From an uncultured Elusimicrobia bacterium (GTDB taxonomy: Bacteria; Elusimicrobiota; Elusimicrobia; UBA1565; UBA9628): a DNA stretch of 56,667 bases. A model generated the notes under the pieces. The model worked only from the letters and a program-made list of their open reading frames with translations. It was not told the DNA's origin and searched no databases. Below, in pieces: positions 36,961 through 46,741 of this stretch. The number at the start of each line of letters is the position of its first letter. The first letter of the stretch is position 1. The stretch covers positions 1 through 56,667 of the forward strand of contig CAZZGQ010000002.1 of assembly GCA_964653765.1 (NCBI GenBank). The letters run 5' to 3'. The position numbers and the translations under genes are program-made.

Positions 36961-37020
36961 CAGTCTAATCTCGGCCTGAAATTTCGTAAAATAACTGTCA
37001 CTCGAACCCCAAAAGACGCT

Positions 37021-38184
37021 GTGCGAAAGAAAATCTGCTTTGTCGCGACTGCTGAGATGGCGATCGAGACTTTCCTTCTTGAGCATATTCGGGAGCTCGC
37101 CAAACACTGTGACGTGACGGTGATCCTCAACGCCACCGATCCGGGATTTTTGAAGGACGCCAGGGGCGTTCGGGTGATTCCCGTCGCCATCGAGCGGGAA
37201 ATTAGGCTTTGGCGGGATTGCCGGGCTTTGACGAAGTTGATTTCGATATTTCGAAGAGAACGCTTCGTAGCCGTTCATTCTATTATGCCGAAGTCCGGGT
37301 TACTGGCGATGTTGGCCGGGTATTGCGCGCAGATTCCGAGGAGAACGCATACCTTCACCGGTCAAGTGTGGGCCACCAAGACGGGTTTGGCGCGCTGGTT
37401 TTTTAAGGTTCTAGACCGGCTGCTCGTCGCCTGCGCAACTAATATCCTGGTTGACAGCGAATCTCAGCGAGCTTTTCTGGTCAGGGAGGGAATTGTTTCC
37501 GAGCGCAAGGCTCGGGTTCTGGGGCGTGGGTCCATCCAGGGCGTTGACTGCAAAAGGTTTCGCCCGGATTTTGCCGTTCGACGAGAGGTCAGGGGCGAGT
37601 TCGAAATGAGCGAGCCCGAAATCCTCATTTTGTTCTTGGGCCGGATGAACGTCGATAAGGGGCTGCTTGATCTGACGCGAGCCTTCGTCAGGATTTGCGA
37701 AGACCACGACGGCGTGCGCTTGCTCTTTATCGGACCTGATGAGCAGCGGATGCAAGAAAAGATTCTTGAAGAGGCGGGATCCTTGGCGAAGCGAATCTTG
37801 TTTAAGCCTTATACGCGAGAGCCCGAAAAATACATGGCGGCGGCGGATCTCTTTTGCCTTCCGAGTTACCGGGAGGGATTTGGTAGCGTGCTCATCGAGG
37901 CCTCCGCCGCTGGGGTGCCCGTCGCGGCCAGTCGGATTTACGGAGTGATCGATGCCGTTGAGGATGGAGCAACCGGTTTTCTCTTTGAGCCGCGCAACGT
38001 GGAGGAGCTGACTGCTGTCATTCGCAAGTTGATTGATGATTCCAGTTTGCGCAAGACCATGGGAGAATACGGTCGACAGCGAGCCTTGCGCGATTTTTCG
38101 AAAGAAGCGGTGGTGGCGGCCATGCTTGACTACTACGGCCAGATCATTGGCCGTTCGGAGAGGGAAGTCCTCTCCTATGCTTGA
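37021..38184 (+). CDS. GT4 glycosyltransferase (CapM/WbuB-like)
   Basis: KICFV.T, HSIMPKSG, HTFTG, GVD...F, FLGR...DKG..DL, PSYREGFG.VLIEA.A.G.PV. Confidence 0.9.
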   Translation: MRKKICFVATAEMAIETFLLEHIRELAKHCDVTVILNATDPGFLKDARGVRVIPVAIEREIRLWRDCRALTKLISIFRRERFVAVHSIMPKSGLLAMLAGYCAQIPRRTHTFTGQVWATKTGLARWFFKVLDRLLVACATNILVDSESQRAFLVREGIVSERKARVLGRGSIQGVDCKRFRPDFAVRREVRGEFEMSEPEILILFLGRMNVDKGLLDLTRAFVRICEDHDGVRLLFIGPDEQRMQEKILEEAGSLAKRILFKPYTREPEKYMAAADLFCLPSYREGFGSVLIEASAAGVPVAASRIYGVIDAVEDGATGFLFEPRNVEELTAVIRKLIDDSSLRKTMGEYGRQRALRDFSKEAVVAAMLDYYGQIIGRSEREVLSYA

Positions 38185-38187
38185 GTT

Positions 38188-38196
38188 TGGTATGAT
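38188..38196 (+). promoter_or_regulatory. Extended -10 element
   Basis: TG-G-TATGAT, 20 nt before ATG 38217. Confidence 0.45.
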
Positions 38197-38216
38197 AGGA
38201 CGATTTTAGACCTCAG

Positions 38217-39209
38217 ATGAAGGAAGCTGAAGTTCGCCCGCTCGACCTTTACAACCGTTACCTCGACTTAGCAAAACGGGACGCCAAGACCCTGATTGCC
38301 GAGCGGTCTGATTTTGTCGAAGTCGCTTGCTCTGCCTGCGCTGCGCGGCCGCACGTCGAGGCCTTCGAAAAACTGGGTTTTCGCTGGGTGGTCTGCCGGA
38401 CATGCGAGTCGCTCTATATATCGCCTCGTCCGACGCCGGAACAATTGCTCAACTTCTACAAGAACGGAGAGTCGGTGAAGTTTTGGAGCTCCGACTTTTT
38501 TCGGCAGACGGCCGAGGCCCGGCGAGAAAAGATGTTTCAGCCTCGGGCAAGGCTCGTGGCCGAGCTCGTGAATCGAGAGGCGTGGACCGGCGATAAGACG
38601 TTCGTCGATGTCGGCTCGGGCTATGGGATTTTCTTGGAGGAGATCCGCAAGCTTGGTGTTTTTAACGACATCGTTGGAGTCGAGCCCGGTCCGACGATGG
38701 CCCAGATCTGCCGAGAGAGAGGATTCCGAATCGTCCCAAAGATGGCCGAGGATGTCGTCGACGGCGATTGCCGCGCTGACGTCGCCACGGCTTTTGAGGT
38801 GCTCGAGCACGTCTTTGACCCGCTCAGGTTCTTGGCGGGAGTCCGGCGCCTGCTTAAGCCCGGAGGGCTGTTTCTTTATACGACCCTGACGGCCAGCGGA
38901 TTCGACATTCAAGTGTTGTGGGAAAGGTCCAACAGCGCTCACCCGCCTCATCATCTCAATCTGATTTCCGTCAAGGGGATGGAGCTGTTGCTCGAGCGAG
39001 CGGGATTCAGGCTCGTTGAGCTGGCCACTCCTGGCGAGCTTGACCTCGACATCGTGGCCAACATGGTTCGGGAGAATCCCGCGTTGCCGTTGCCTCGATT
39101 TGTCGCGGAAATGCTCAAGTCTTGCGACGACAAAGGGCGCAGGGAGTTCCAGTCCTTTCTGCGTAATAATCGCCTGAGCTCGCATATTCGCGTCGTCGCC
39201 CGCGCATGA
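38217..39209 (+). CDS. SAM-dependent methyltransferase with N-terminal Zn ribbon
   Basis: CSAC...CRTC..LY.SPRP, VDVGSG.G.FL, FEVLEH..DP, L.PGG. Confidence 0.86.
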   Translation: MKEAEVRPLDLYNRYLDLAKRDAKTLIAERSDFVEVACSACAARPHVEAFEKLGFRWVVCRTCESLYISPRPTPEQLLNFYKNGESVKFWSSDFFRQTAEARREKMFQPRARLVAELVNREAWTGDKTFVDVGSGYGIFLEEIRKLGVFNDIVGVEPGPTMAQICRERGFRIVPKMAEDVVDGDCRADVATAFEVLEHVFDPLRFLAGVRRLLKPGGLFLYTTLTASGFDIQVLWERSNSAHPPHHLNLISVKGMELLLERAGFRLVELATPGELDLDIVANMVRENPALPLPRFVAEMLKSCDDKGRREFQSFLRNNRLSSHIRVVARA

Positions 39210-40159
39210 CGCAAGCGAGCTTGACGCGCGTTCAGAAGCTGACCGTCGATGGGCAATCCGCTTTACGGCTAAACAACGGTCTGGTCCAAGTCGACGTCCT
39301 TCCCGAGCTTGGCGGCAAAATCTGGAATCTGATCCATGTCCCGTCGCAGACGCAGTGGATTTGGCACAATCCAAAAACTGCGCTCCAGAAGGTCGCGTCG
39401 GGTGCCAGCTACGATGACCATTGGGCGGGCGGCTGGGAAGAGCTTTTCCCAAACGACGCGGCCGGTATGTTCCAGGGCCGGAACCTTCCCGACCACGGCG
39501 AGTGGTGGAGTCGCCCCTGGAATGCCGAGGCTCTGGAGTCAGCCAGCGGACAATCGGCCGTGCGACTTTCGCTCGAGGGGAGCGTGTTGAGGGCGCGTTG
39601 CGAGAAACGCATCGAGGTTGCCGCCAACGCCGCGGAAGTCACGATCCGCTATCGAATCGAGAACCTGGAAGATAAGCCGATCCATTTTCTTTTCAAGCAG
39701 CATCTGGCCGTCGCAGTTACTCCGGAGCACCGTCTTGAAGTCCCAGGTGGTTTGGTCCGTCCGGTTGACCTAGACTTCAGTACGAGGCTTGGCGCGGAGG
39801 GGCCGTTTCCGTGGCCGCACGGTCTGGATCGTAAGGCTCAGCTGGTGGATCTCAGCGTCTTGCCCAAGCCTCAGGAGCGGCATCGCGAATTTGTCTATAT
39901 CGAACGCCTCACGGAGGGCGCCTGCGGCGTTCGCGACACGGTGACAGGACGCTCGCTGCGGTTAAAATTCTCCCAGAACACGTTTCCTTTTACCTGGCTT
40001 TTCTGCACGTATGGAGGCTGGCGGGACCTTTACACTGCCGTGCTCGAGCCATGCACCAATATGCCAAAGGATCTCAACGAGGCGTTCCGGCTCGGGAACT
40101 GCGCTTCGCTTGAGCCCGGCGAGTCATTAACGACCTCCGTCAGCGCCATTCTTTCATGA
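39206..40159 (+). CDS. Galactose-mutarotase-like (aldose 1-epimerase superfamily) protein
   Basis: P.LGGKI, GGWEELFP, DHGE, H, EP.T. Confidence 0.7.
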   Translation: MTQASLTRVQKLTVDGQSALRLNNGLVQVDVLPELGGKIWNLIHVPSQTQWIWHNPKTALQKVASGASYDDHWAGGWEELFPNDAAGMFQGRNLPDHGEWWSRPWNAEALESASGQSAVRLSLEGSVLRARCEKRIEVAANAAEVTIRYRIENLEDKPIHFLFKQHLAVAVTPEHRLEVPGGLVRPVDLDFSTRLGAEGPFPWPHGLDRKAQLVDLSVLPKPQERHREFVYIERLTEGACGVRDTVTGRSLRLKFSQNTFPFTWLFCTYGGWRDLYTAVLEPCTNMPKDLNEAFRLGNCASLEPGESLTTSVSAILS

Positions 40160-40908
40160 AGATCGTCGCCATCATCCCTGCGCGACTCAGCGCTTCCCGT
40201 TTCCCGCGCAAGCCCTTGGCGTCGATCCTGGGCCGCCCCATGATCGAGCACGTTTATCGGCGCACTCGGCTGTGCCGGTCTTTGGATGATGTCTATATCG
40301 CCACTTGCGATGAGGAGATTCGGCGGGTCGGCGAGAGCCTGGACGCGAAGGTGTCGATGACCTCGCCTCGACATGAACGCGCCAGCGACCGAGTGGCGGA
40401 GGCGGCGCGCTCTATTGAAGCGGACGTGATCGTCATGATTCAGGGCGATGAGCCGATGATCATCCCCGAGATGATCGATGGTGCCGTTGAACCGCTGCGC
40501 CGTGACCCGTCCGTGCTCTGCGCCAATCTTGCCGCGCCGATCAAGTCGGAGCGGGAATTCGCCGATCCAAACACCATCAAGGTGGTCATGGCCCAAAATG
40601 GCGACGCCCTTTATTTTTCCCGCGAGCCTATTCCGACGCGCCAGAAGTTCCCTTTTGGCGATCTTTCAGTCTACAAACAAGTTTGCGTCATTCCTTTCCG
40701 CCGGGAATTCTTGCTGCGCTATGCAGATTTGCCGCCCACGCCGCTTGAGCGAGCGGAATCGATCGATATGCTTCGCGCGCTCGAGCATGGTTATCCCATT
40801 CGGTTGGTCCGAACAGACGTGATGACTCATGCCGTCGATACCCCGGAAGATCAGCGGATCGTCGAGAAGATGATGCGCGCCGATCCGCTTGTTACCCAAT
40901 ATGCGTAA
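40156..40908 (+). CDS. kdsB: 3-deoxy-manno-octulosonate cytidylyltransferase family, paralogue 1
   Basis: IPARLSASRFPRKPL..I.G.PMI.HV, ASDRVAE, QGDEP, KVV, YFSR.PIP, LE..E.IDMLR.LE.G, VDTPED. Confidence 0.9.
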   Translation: MKIVAIIPARLSASRFPRKPLASILGRPMIEHVYRRTRLCRSLDDVYIATCDEEIRRVGESLDAKVSMTSPRHERASDRVAEAARSIEADVIVMIQGDEPMIIPEMIDGAVEPLRRDPSVLCANLAAPIKSEREFADPNTIKVVMAQNGDALYFSREPIPTRQKFPFGDLSVYKQVCVIPFRREFLLRYADLPPTPLERAESIDMLRALEHGYPIRLVRTDVMTHAVDTPEDQRIVEKMMRADPLVTQYA

Positions 40909-41872
40909 TCCAGCTTCTCCGTCAAAATTTCGCGTTTTGGTGTCGGCGCCTTACGCGATGCCGGTGATCGATCGTTACCGCAGCGTCCTTGAGCAAGCCG
41001 GCTGCGAGGTCGTCGTGGCCAAGGTCCGGGAACGTTTAAGCGAGGGCGAGCTTCTTGGCCTTGTGGTCGACGTTGATGGGATCATTTGCGGCGATGATCA
41101 GATCACGCTCCGCGTTCTTGAGGCCGCTCCACGTCTTAAGGTCATTTCAAAGTGGGGCACTGGCATCGACTCGATCGACGTGGAGGCCGCGCGCGCGCGA
41201 GGCGTTGCGGTTCGAAACACGCCTAATGCCTTCAGCGAGCCCGTCGCGGACACGGCGCTGGGGTATATGCTCTTGTTCGCGCGCCGCCTTGACACGATGA
41301 GTCAAGACATCCGAGCTGGCCGTTGGTCAAAGCCCGCGCTGTTCGCGTTGCGGGAAAAGACTCTTGGAATCATTGGCCTCGGCAATTGCGGGAAAGCCGT
41401 GGCGGGGCGGGCCGCGGCCTTTGGTATGCAGATCGTTGCCCATGACGTCGTCTCGCCGTCAAAGGAATTTCTGGCGCGATGCCCGGTTCGCTTGACAACG
41501 CTTGGGGAAGTGCTGGGAGCGGATTTCGTCACGATTCACGCCAATTTAAATCCCACGTCCTACCACCTGATCAACGATGCGGCGCTCGCGAAGATGAAAT
41601 CGACGGCTTACTTGATCAATACAGCGCGAGGACCGATTGTTGAAGAGGCCGCTCTTGTTCGAGCCCTCTCGGCCAAGCGCATCGCCGGAGCTGCCTTGGA
41701 TGTTTTTGAAAAGGAGCCTCTTCCGGAGGATAGCCCGCTTCGCCGATGCGACAATGTCTACTTCGCGCCGCATAACGCCAACAGCAGCCCTGAGGCGGCC
41801 GAGCGAGTCCATGAAAACACCATCGCCCAGCTGCTGAAGGACCTCCAAGCCGATCCGGTGGTAAGGGCCTAA
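40901..41872 (+). CDS. D-2-hydroxyacid dehydrogenase (SerA-like), paralogue 2
   Basis: SKWGTGIDSID, VAD, GLGNCG, INTARGPIV.E, LDVFEKEPLP, PHNA. Confidence 0.9.
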   Translation: MRNPASPSKFRVLVSAPYAMPVIDRYRSVLEQAGCEVVVAKVRERLSEGELLGLVVDVDGIICGDDQITLRVLEAAPRLKVISKWGTGIDSIDVEAARARGVAVRNTPNAFSEPVADTALGYMLLFARRLDTMSQDIRAGRWSKPALFALREKTLGIIGLGNCGKAVAGRAAAFGMQIVAHDVVSPSKEFLARCPVRLTTLGEVLGADFVTIHANLNPTSYHLINDAALAKMKSTAYLINTARGPIVEEAALVRALSAKRIAGAALDVFEKEPLPEDSPLRRCDNVYFAPHNANSSPEAAERVHENTIAQLLKDLQADPVVRA

Positions 41873-41875
41873 GCC

Positions 41876-43822
41876 ATGCCTGAGACATCCGTCATCATCC
41901 GCGCGTTTAACGAGGCCAAACATCTTCCCAGGCTTTTTGACGCGTTGAAGCGTCAAACATACCGCGATTTCGAGACCGTCGTCGTTGATTCCGGCTCCTA
42001 TGACGCGACGCGCGACATCGCTCGTCAGAACGCGGACCGGCTGATCGAGATCCAGCAGCATGATTTCACGTTTGGGCATTCGCTTAACGTCGGCATTGAA
42101 AATAGCGGCGGCCGTTTTCTTGCCATCATCTCTGCGCATGCGGCGCCAACGAATTCCGAGTGGCTGGGAAACCTGATCGAACCCCTTCGCTCCGATCGCA
42201 CGGCTATGGTCTACGGGCGCCAGATCGGCGACCACCAGACTAAGCTTGGGGAGTTCGTCGATTTCTTGCGAACCTTTGGGACTGAAAAGAAGGTTCTAGT
42301 GGCGCCCGATTTCTTCGCCAACAACGCGAATTCGGTGCTGCGCCGGGATTTGTGGCAGCGCCGCCGTTTTGACGAGAATCTGCCAGGCCTCGAGGACATC
42401 GAGTGGGTGAAGTTTTTCATGGAGCAGGGCTATCAAGTTGTTTATGAGCCGAAGTCCTGCGTCTTTCATGTTCACGAGGAAACGTGGTCGCAAGTGCGCC
42501 GTCGCTATTATCGAGAAGGACAAGCCGCGAAGTGGATTGGAATCGCCGGACGGCGCGATCTGCCCAAGCTCTTCTTTCGAGAGATGCGTTCCTTGGTTGG
42601 CGATTTTTTCTGGACCATAAAACATGGGCGGTCGAGCCGGCCGATGGATATCGTTCGTTGGCGTTACGAGAAGCTGAGAGGTTCTAGCTCCGGCATATTG
42701 GACGGCGCGGCGATGCAAAACCCGGCGACCCGAAGGCAACTGTTGTTTGATCGCTCCTACAAGGCTGTCGTCGTGAGAGCTCCAGGCAAGGCCAGCCTCG
42801 AGGATGTTGAGATGCCGGCGCTCAAGCCTGGAGAGGTGCTTGTGAAGGTCGCCTACCAGGGAATTTGCGCTACGGACCGCGAAGTTTTCGAGGGAACCTT
42901 AGGGTACTATAAAGACGGTCTGGCCAAATATCCGATCGTGCCTGGGCATGAGTTTTCGGGCACCGTCGCGGCTTGTGGCGCCCGCATCGAGGATCTTCCC
43001 CATGGCAGCCCGGTCGTAGTTGAGTGCATTCAGGGATGCGGCAATTGCCCGCAATGCCGACAAGGGCGGAGTATCGGATGCGTTCAGAGACGCGAGGTGG
43101 GCGTCATCGGGAAAGACGGCGGTTACGCGGAGTTCGTGATAACGCCAAGAAAGTTCGTTCATGTTCTTCCGGCAGGGATGGATCTGCGCAAGGCCTGTCT
43201 GTGCGAGCCCACCGCTGTCGTCTTGAAGGGGCTGCGCCGATTGGCTGGAGCGCGGCTAGGAGCTCGTTTGGGCGAGTGCGCTGTCATCGGCGCTGGAACC
43301 ATTGGGCATTTGGCCGCCAGGATCTTGGAACTGCGTGGAAACCGAGTCACCATCTTCGACCGGGATCCTCGGCGCCTTGAGCCGTTTAACGGCAGCTCCA
43401 TTGGAACAAGCCGGGACGTGGATGATTTGACCCGATTCCAAACGGTCATAGAAGCGACCGGCGATCAAGAGGCCTTGGAGGACGTGCTGCGCAAATCCGC
43501 CGCCGGCACCACGATTCTATTGCTGGGGCTGCCCTATGCGCGCCGGGAATTCAGCTTTGAAAATATCGTCGGCTACGATCTGGCGGTCGTGGGCTCCGTC
43601 GGGAGCGGGTCCGAGGACTTCCGAGAGGCGCTGAAGGTCCTTCCTGAGTTAGACGTGCCCGCTTTTTACGGCGCGGTCTTTCCATTGGCGGACTATGAGC
43701 TCGCATGGCAGGCGGCCCGCGAGAGAAAATCGATCAAGGTGATGCTCGAGGTGAGTCGGCCTGAAGCCGCGCAGGCCGACTCACGCGAAGTGGCGACGGC
43801 TTCTGCTAATGGCCCGAAGTGA
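41876..43822 (+). CDS. Fusion: GT2 glycosyltransferase + Zn-dependent medium-chain dehydrogenase (MDR)
   Basis: N-half SVIIRAFNE, VVDSGS.D, ISAH, EDIEW; C-half from about aa 295 GICATD, GHE, CxxCxxC...C, GAGTIG; one uninterrupted frame. Confidence 0.85.
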   Translation: MPETSVIIRAFNEAKHLPRLFDALKRQTYRDFETVVVDSGSYDATRDIARQNADRLIEIQQHDFTFGHSLNVGIENSGGRFLAIISAHAAPTNSEWLGNLIEPLRSDRTAMVYGRQIGDHQTKLGEFVDFLRTFGTEKKVLVAPDFFANNANSVLRRDLWQRRRFDENLPGLEDIEWVKFFMEQGYQVVYEPKSCVFHVHEETWSQVRRRYYREGQAAKWIGIAGRRDLPKLFFREMRSLVGDFFWTIKHGRSSRPMDIVRWRYEKLRGSSSGILDGAAMQNPATRRQLLFDRSYKAVVVRAPGKASLEDVEMPALKPGEVLVKVAYQGICATDREVFEGTLGYYKDGLAKYPIVPGHEFSGTVAACGARIEDLPHGSPVVVECIQGCGNCPQCRQGRSIGCVQRREVGVIGKDGGYAEFVITPRKFVHVLPAGMDLRKACLCEPTAVVLKGLRRLAGARLGARLGECAVIGAGTIGHLAARILELRGNRVTIFDRDPRRLEPFNGSSIGTSRDVDDLTRFQTVIEATGDQEALEDVLRKSAAGTTILLLGLPYARREFSFENIVGYDLAVVGSVGSGSEDFREALKVLPELDVPAFYGAVFPLADYELAWQAARERKSIKVMLEVSRPEAAQADSREVATASANGPK

Positions 43823-45641
43823 CGACTCGCCGATTATCGTTGCTTTGCCCAGAGAGGCCGCCCGCCTAGCCAAGGGAATTGGCCGAGACCGAGAGTGGTG
43901 TTATCTCGGCTCCTCCATTCGTCGGCGAGAGCGCGTTTCTGCCGTTCTCAATAGCGAGCGCAGGGTCTCCGTTGCTCGAGAAATTGATCTGATCGCGGGC
44001 AGATGCAAACAACCGTTCCTGGACTGGCTTGAGAGCGTTGGACGTCTCCAACGCGATCGCCTGGGTTGGTGGACCTCGACGTTAGCCTCACGCAGCTCGC
44101 TGCAGACCGATCTTTTTCTTCAATTCTGTTACGCTGAGCTCATTCGGAGTTGGATTGCAGAGCGCCGTGGGCCGGTGGTTGTTGTTGTCGAGGATCCCTG
44201 GCTGATTTTATTCCTCAAGCGGCGCTTTCCAGACGAATCCGGGCTGGTCTTCTTTGGCGGATTGCCGATGGGCCTTTGCACTAATACGCTCTACTGGCTG
44301 GCGCGAGCGCCTTTGTCCGTCGCCCATACCCTGGCTTATGCCCTCGCCGCTTTCATGCTGGGTGGCCTTATTCGGCGTCGTGAGCCTCGGGAGGGTGGCG
44401 CGTCCGTCTTGATTCATACTTGGATCGATGGCCGATCCGTGTCCCAAAGAGGCGTCTTTCAGGACCCTTACACGGGAAGGCTGGAGTCATTTTTCACGTC
44501 ACGCGGGCAAACGGTGTTGCGTTTGACGCATTGGCACATCCCGCCCACTTTAATCCCGCGCCTGAAATCATTCTGGCAAGACTTCCTCCTGGCGCCTCAC
44601 TATTTGCGTCTAAGCGATATCCTTCACGCCGTGACGTCTCGTTTTACCCTCTCTAATCTGGATTCCATCCCGCGGATGCTTGGCTGGGATATGCGCCCTC
44701 TGCTACGTCGAGAAATGCTTCATGAGTGGGGCCATCCGGCCTATTCGCGATACCGGCTCACTTATCTATGCCTGCGCAGAATGGCCAGCCAATGGGCCAG
44801 TCAGGTCAAGTGCATCGTTTATCCCTTTGAAAACCTGCCTTGGGAAAAAATGCTTTGCCTGGCCTGGCGAGAAGCGTCGCCAACGGTTCGCCTTGTTGGT
44901 TATCAGCATTCGAGCGTGCCGCCGCTGCTGCTGAACTATTTTCTCGGTCAGCGTGAAAGCGAAATCATGCCATTGCCGGACCAGGTGATCGCAAACAGCA
45001 GTTATAATGAGGCACTTCTCAGGAGCGGCGGTTATCCGTCGGTGCTTAACGGGGGGGCCCTGCGCTACGAGCACTTGTTTTTGGACCTTTCGGCGGCCGA
45101 AGGGAGGAAGATTTCATCCGACGCGGATCGGTTCGTGCTTGTGGTTTTCCCGACGTGCGTGCCTTATGCCGAAGCCCTGTTTTTTGACGTCATGGAGACG
45201 TTTAAAGATCCGCTTCATGTCCCGGGGGCTCAGCGGCCCGTGCCGATCGTATTGAAATTTCATCCAGTGCTCCCGTTCAAAATAGTCGCACCCGCAAACG
45301 CGCGGCTGCCGCGCTGGGTTTCCGTCTCGGAGCAATCTCTCGACCAATTGCTTCCCAAGGCGGGAGTTCTACTTTATGTTCCGCACACGACGAGCTGGTG
45401 GGAGGCTTTTATCGCTGGCGTTCCGGTATTAAAATATCAGACCGATATGCTTGACGTGGATTCGTCTTCCGCCTTGGACGGAGACGCCCCTCGGATTTGC
45501 AGGCGAGAAACGATTCGCGATGAGATCGCAAGCGCGCTTTCGCGCGGGAAGACGGGAAAGTGCCCGGAGCATCAGCTGGAGAAGTTTTTTGGACGAGTTA
45601 ACGAAAACCTTTGGCTTCAAATGACGGGGGAACTTCGATGA
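43809..45641 (+). CDS. Putative glycan transferase, GT-B-like C-terminus (resembles LIC13510-type surface carbohydrate proteins)
   Basis: D.Y.G.L, YPFEN.PWEK....AWR, GYQHS, G..RY, LKFHP, T....EA..AGVP. Confidence 0.58.
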   Translation: MARSDDSPIIVALPREAARLAKGIGRDREWCYLGSSIRRRERVSAVLNSERRVSVAREIDLIAGRCKQPFLDWLESVGRLQRDRLGWWTSTLASRSSLQTDLFLQFCYAELIRSWIAERRGPVVVVVEDPWLILFLKRRFPDESGLVFFGGLPMGLCTNTLYWLARAPLSVAHTLAYALAAFMLGGLIRRREPREGGASVLIHTWIDGRSVSQRGVFQDPYTGRLESFFTSRGQTVLRLTHWHIPPTLIPRLKSFWQDFLLAPHYLRLSDILHAVTSRFTLSNLDSIPRMLGWDMRPLLRREMLHEWGHPAYSRYRLTYLCLRRMASQWASQVKCIVYPFENLPWEKMLCLAWREASPTVRLVGYQHSSVPPLLLNYFLGQRESEIMPLPDQVIANSSYNEALLRSGGYPSVLNGGALRYEHLFLDLSAAEGRKISSDADRFVLVVFPTCVPYAEALFFDVMETFKDPLHVPGAQRPVPIVLKFHPVLPFKIVAPANARLPRWVSVSEQSLDQLLPKAGVLLYVPHTTSWWEAFIAGVPVLKYQTDMLDVDSSSALDGDAPRICRRETIRDEIASALSRGKTGKCPEHQLEKFFGRVNENLWLQMTGELR

Positions 45642-46741
45642 AAAAGATTGTCCATGTCGCGGTGATCGGCTGCGGCCGCATTTCTGGCCATCATTGTCGC
45701 TCCATTGTCGAGGCGCCGGGCGTAAAGCTCGCGGCGGTATGCGATCTGGACGAGAAAAAGGCGCAGGCTTACGCCAAGGAGTTCTCGGTTCCGTGTTTTA
45801 CCAACTATCGCGAGATGTTGCGGAGAATTCCAGAGGTCGACGTGGTCGCTGTCATCACGCCCTCCGGCATGCATTATGAGCACTCATTGGAAATCCTCGA
45901 TACCTATCGTAAACACGTGATCGTTGAAAAACCTACTTTTATGCGCCCGAGCCAGGCGCGGCGTGTTTTTGCGCTTGCCCGCCGCCTTGGGCTTCAAGTA
46001 TTTCCCGTTTTTCAAAATCGCCACAACCTTGCCGTTCAACGGGTGCTTCGCGGTCTTCAGTCGGGCGAATTGGGAAAACCCAGAATCATTTCCGTGCGAG
46101 TGCGTTGGTGCCGCCCCCAACGTTACTATGAAATGGCGCCGTGGCGGGGGACGTTTGCCCAAGATGGTGGAGCGCTGACCAATCAGGGAATCCACCACAT
46201 TGACTTACTGCGGCTTTTCGGGGGAGAAGTTCGCCGGGTCAACTGCCTTATGCGAACGTTGGGTGTGGATATCGAGGTCGAAGACACCGCTCTTGCGACC
46301 GTCCAGTTTAAGAATGACGTGGTCGGCGCAGTCGAGGTCACGACAGCGGCAAGGCCAAGCGACTTCGAGGCCTCATTATCGCTAGTCTGCGAGAATGGGT
46401 TGGCCCAGATTGGAGGAATCGCCGTCAACGAGCTTCAGATCTTCACGCCCGACCCGTCGGCTTGCGTGGCGCATTCCGAGGATTTTAGCGGCTGCATTTA
46501 CGGCAACGGGCATAAGCAGATCTATCGGGAAATCAGCGCCTTCTTCAACGAGGGCGTTCCGTTTTCCGTAGCGGAAAGCGATAGCACGAGCACTCTTCAG
46601 CTGCTCAACGCCTTCTATCGCTCCGATGAGGCGCGCGAATGGGTGGAGGTCGATTCCGAGGGAGAGTCTACTCGTTTGGGGCGCGAGGATGAGTCATTGG
46701 CCAGCTTATACCGCAGCCAGCCCGAAGTGGTTCGAGCATGA
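45638..46741 (+). CDS. Gfo/Idh/MocA oxidoreductase (WlbA/WbpB-like)
   Basis: ATGA overlap; IGCGRIS..H, TPSGMH, EKP, FQNR.N, WRGT...DGG...NQ.IH.ID, VED. Confidence 0.9.
   Translation: MKKIVHVAVIGCGRISGHHCRSIVEAPGVKLAAVCDLDEKKAQAYAKEFSVPCFTNYREMLRRIPEVDVVAVITPSGMHYEHSLEILDTYRKHVIVEKPTFMRPSQARRVFALARRLGLQVFPVFQNRHNLAVQRVLRGLQSGELGKPRIISVRVRWCRPQRYYEMAPWRGTFAQDGGALTNQGIHHIDLLRLFGGEVRRVNCLMRTLGVDIEVEDTALATVQFKNDVVGAVEVTTAARPSDFEASLSLVCENGLAQIGGIAVNELQIFTPDPSACVAHSEDFSGCIYGNGHKQIYREISAFFNEGVPFSVAESDSTSTLQLLNAFYRSDEAREWVEVDSEGESTRLGREDESLASLYRSQPEVVRA

Noticed and set aside
35330-37020. Invertase-type inverted repeats flanking the inverted cassette (shufflon or phase switch)
   Set aside because: Best match seen is only CCGATTTAGAC vs CCGAGATTAGAC, which is too weak, and no recombinase gene is present
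34298-46741. Complete WbpA/B/E/D/I di-N-acetyl-uronic acid pathway
   Set aside because: A WbpB-like oxidase, a DegT-like enzyme and an acyltransferase exist but are scattered across different blocks, and there is no UDP-GlcNAc 6-dehydrogenase or 2-epimerase
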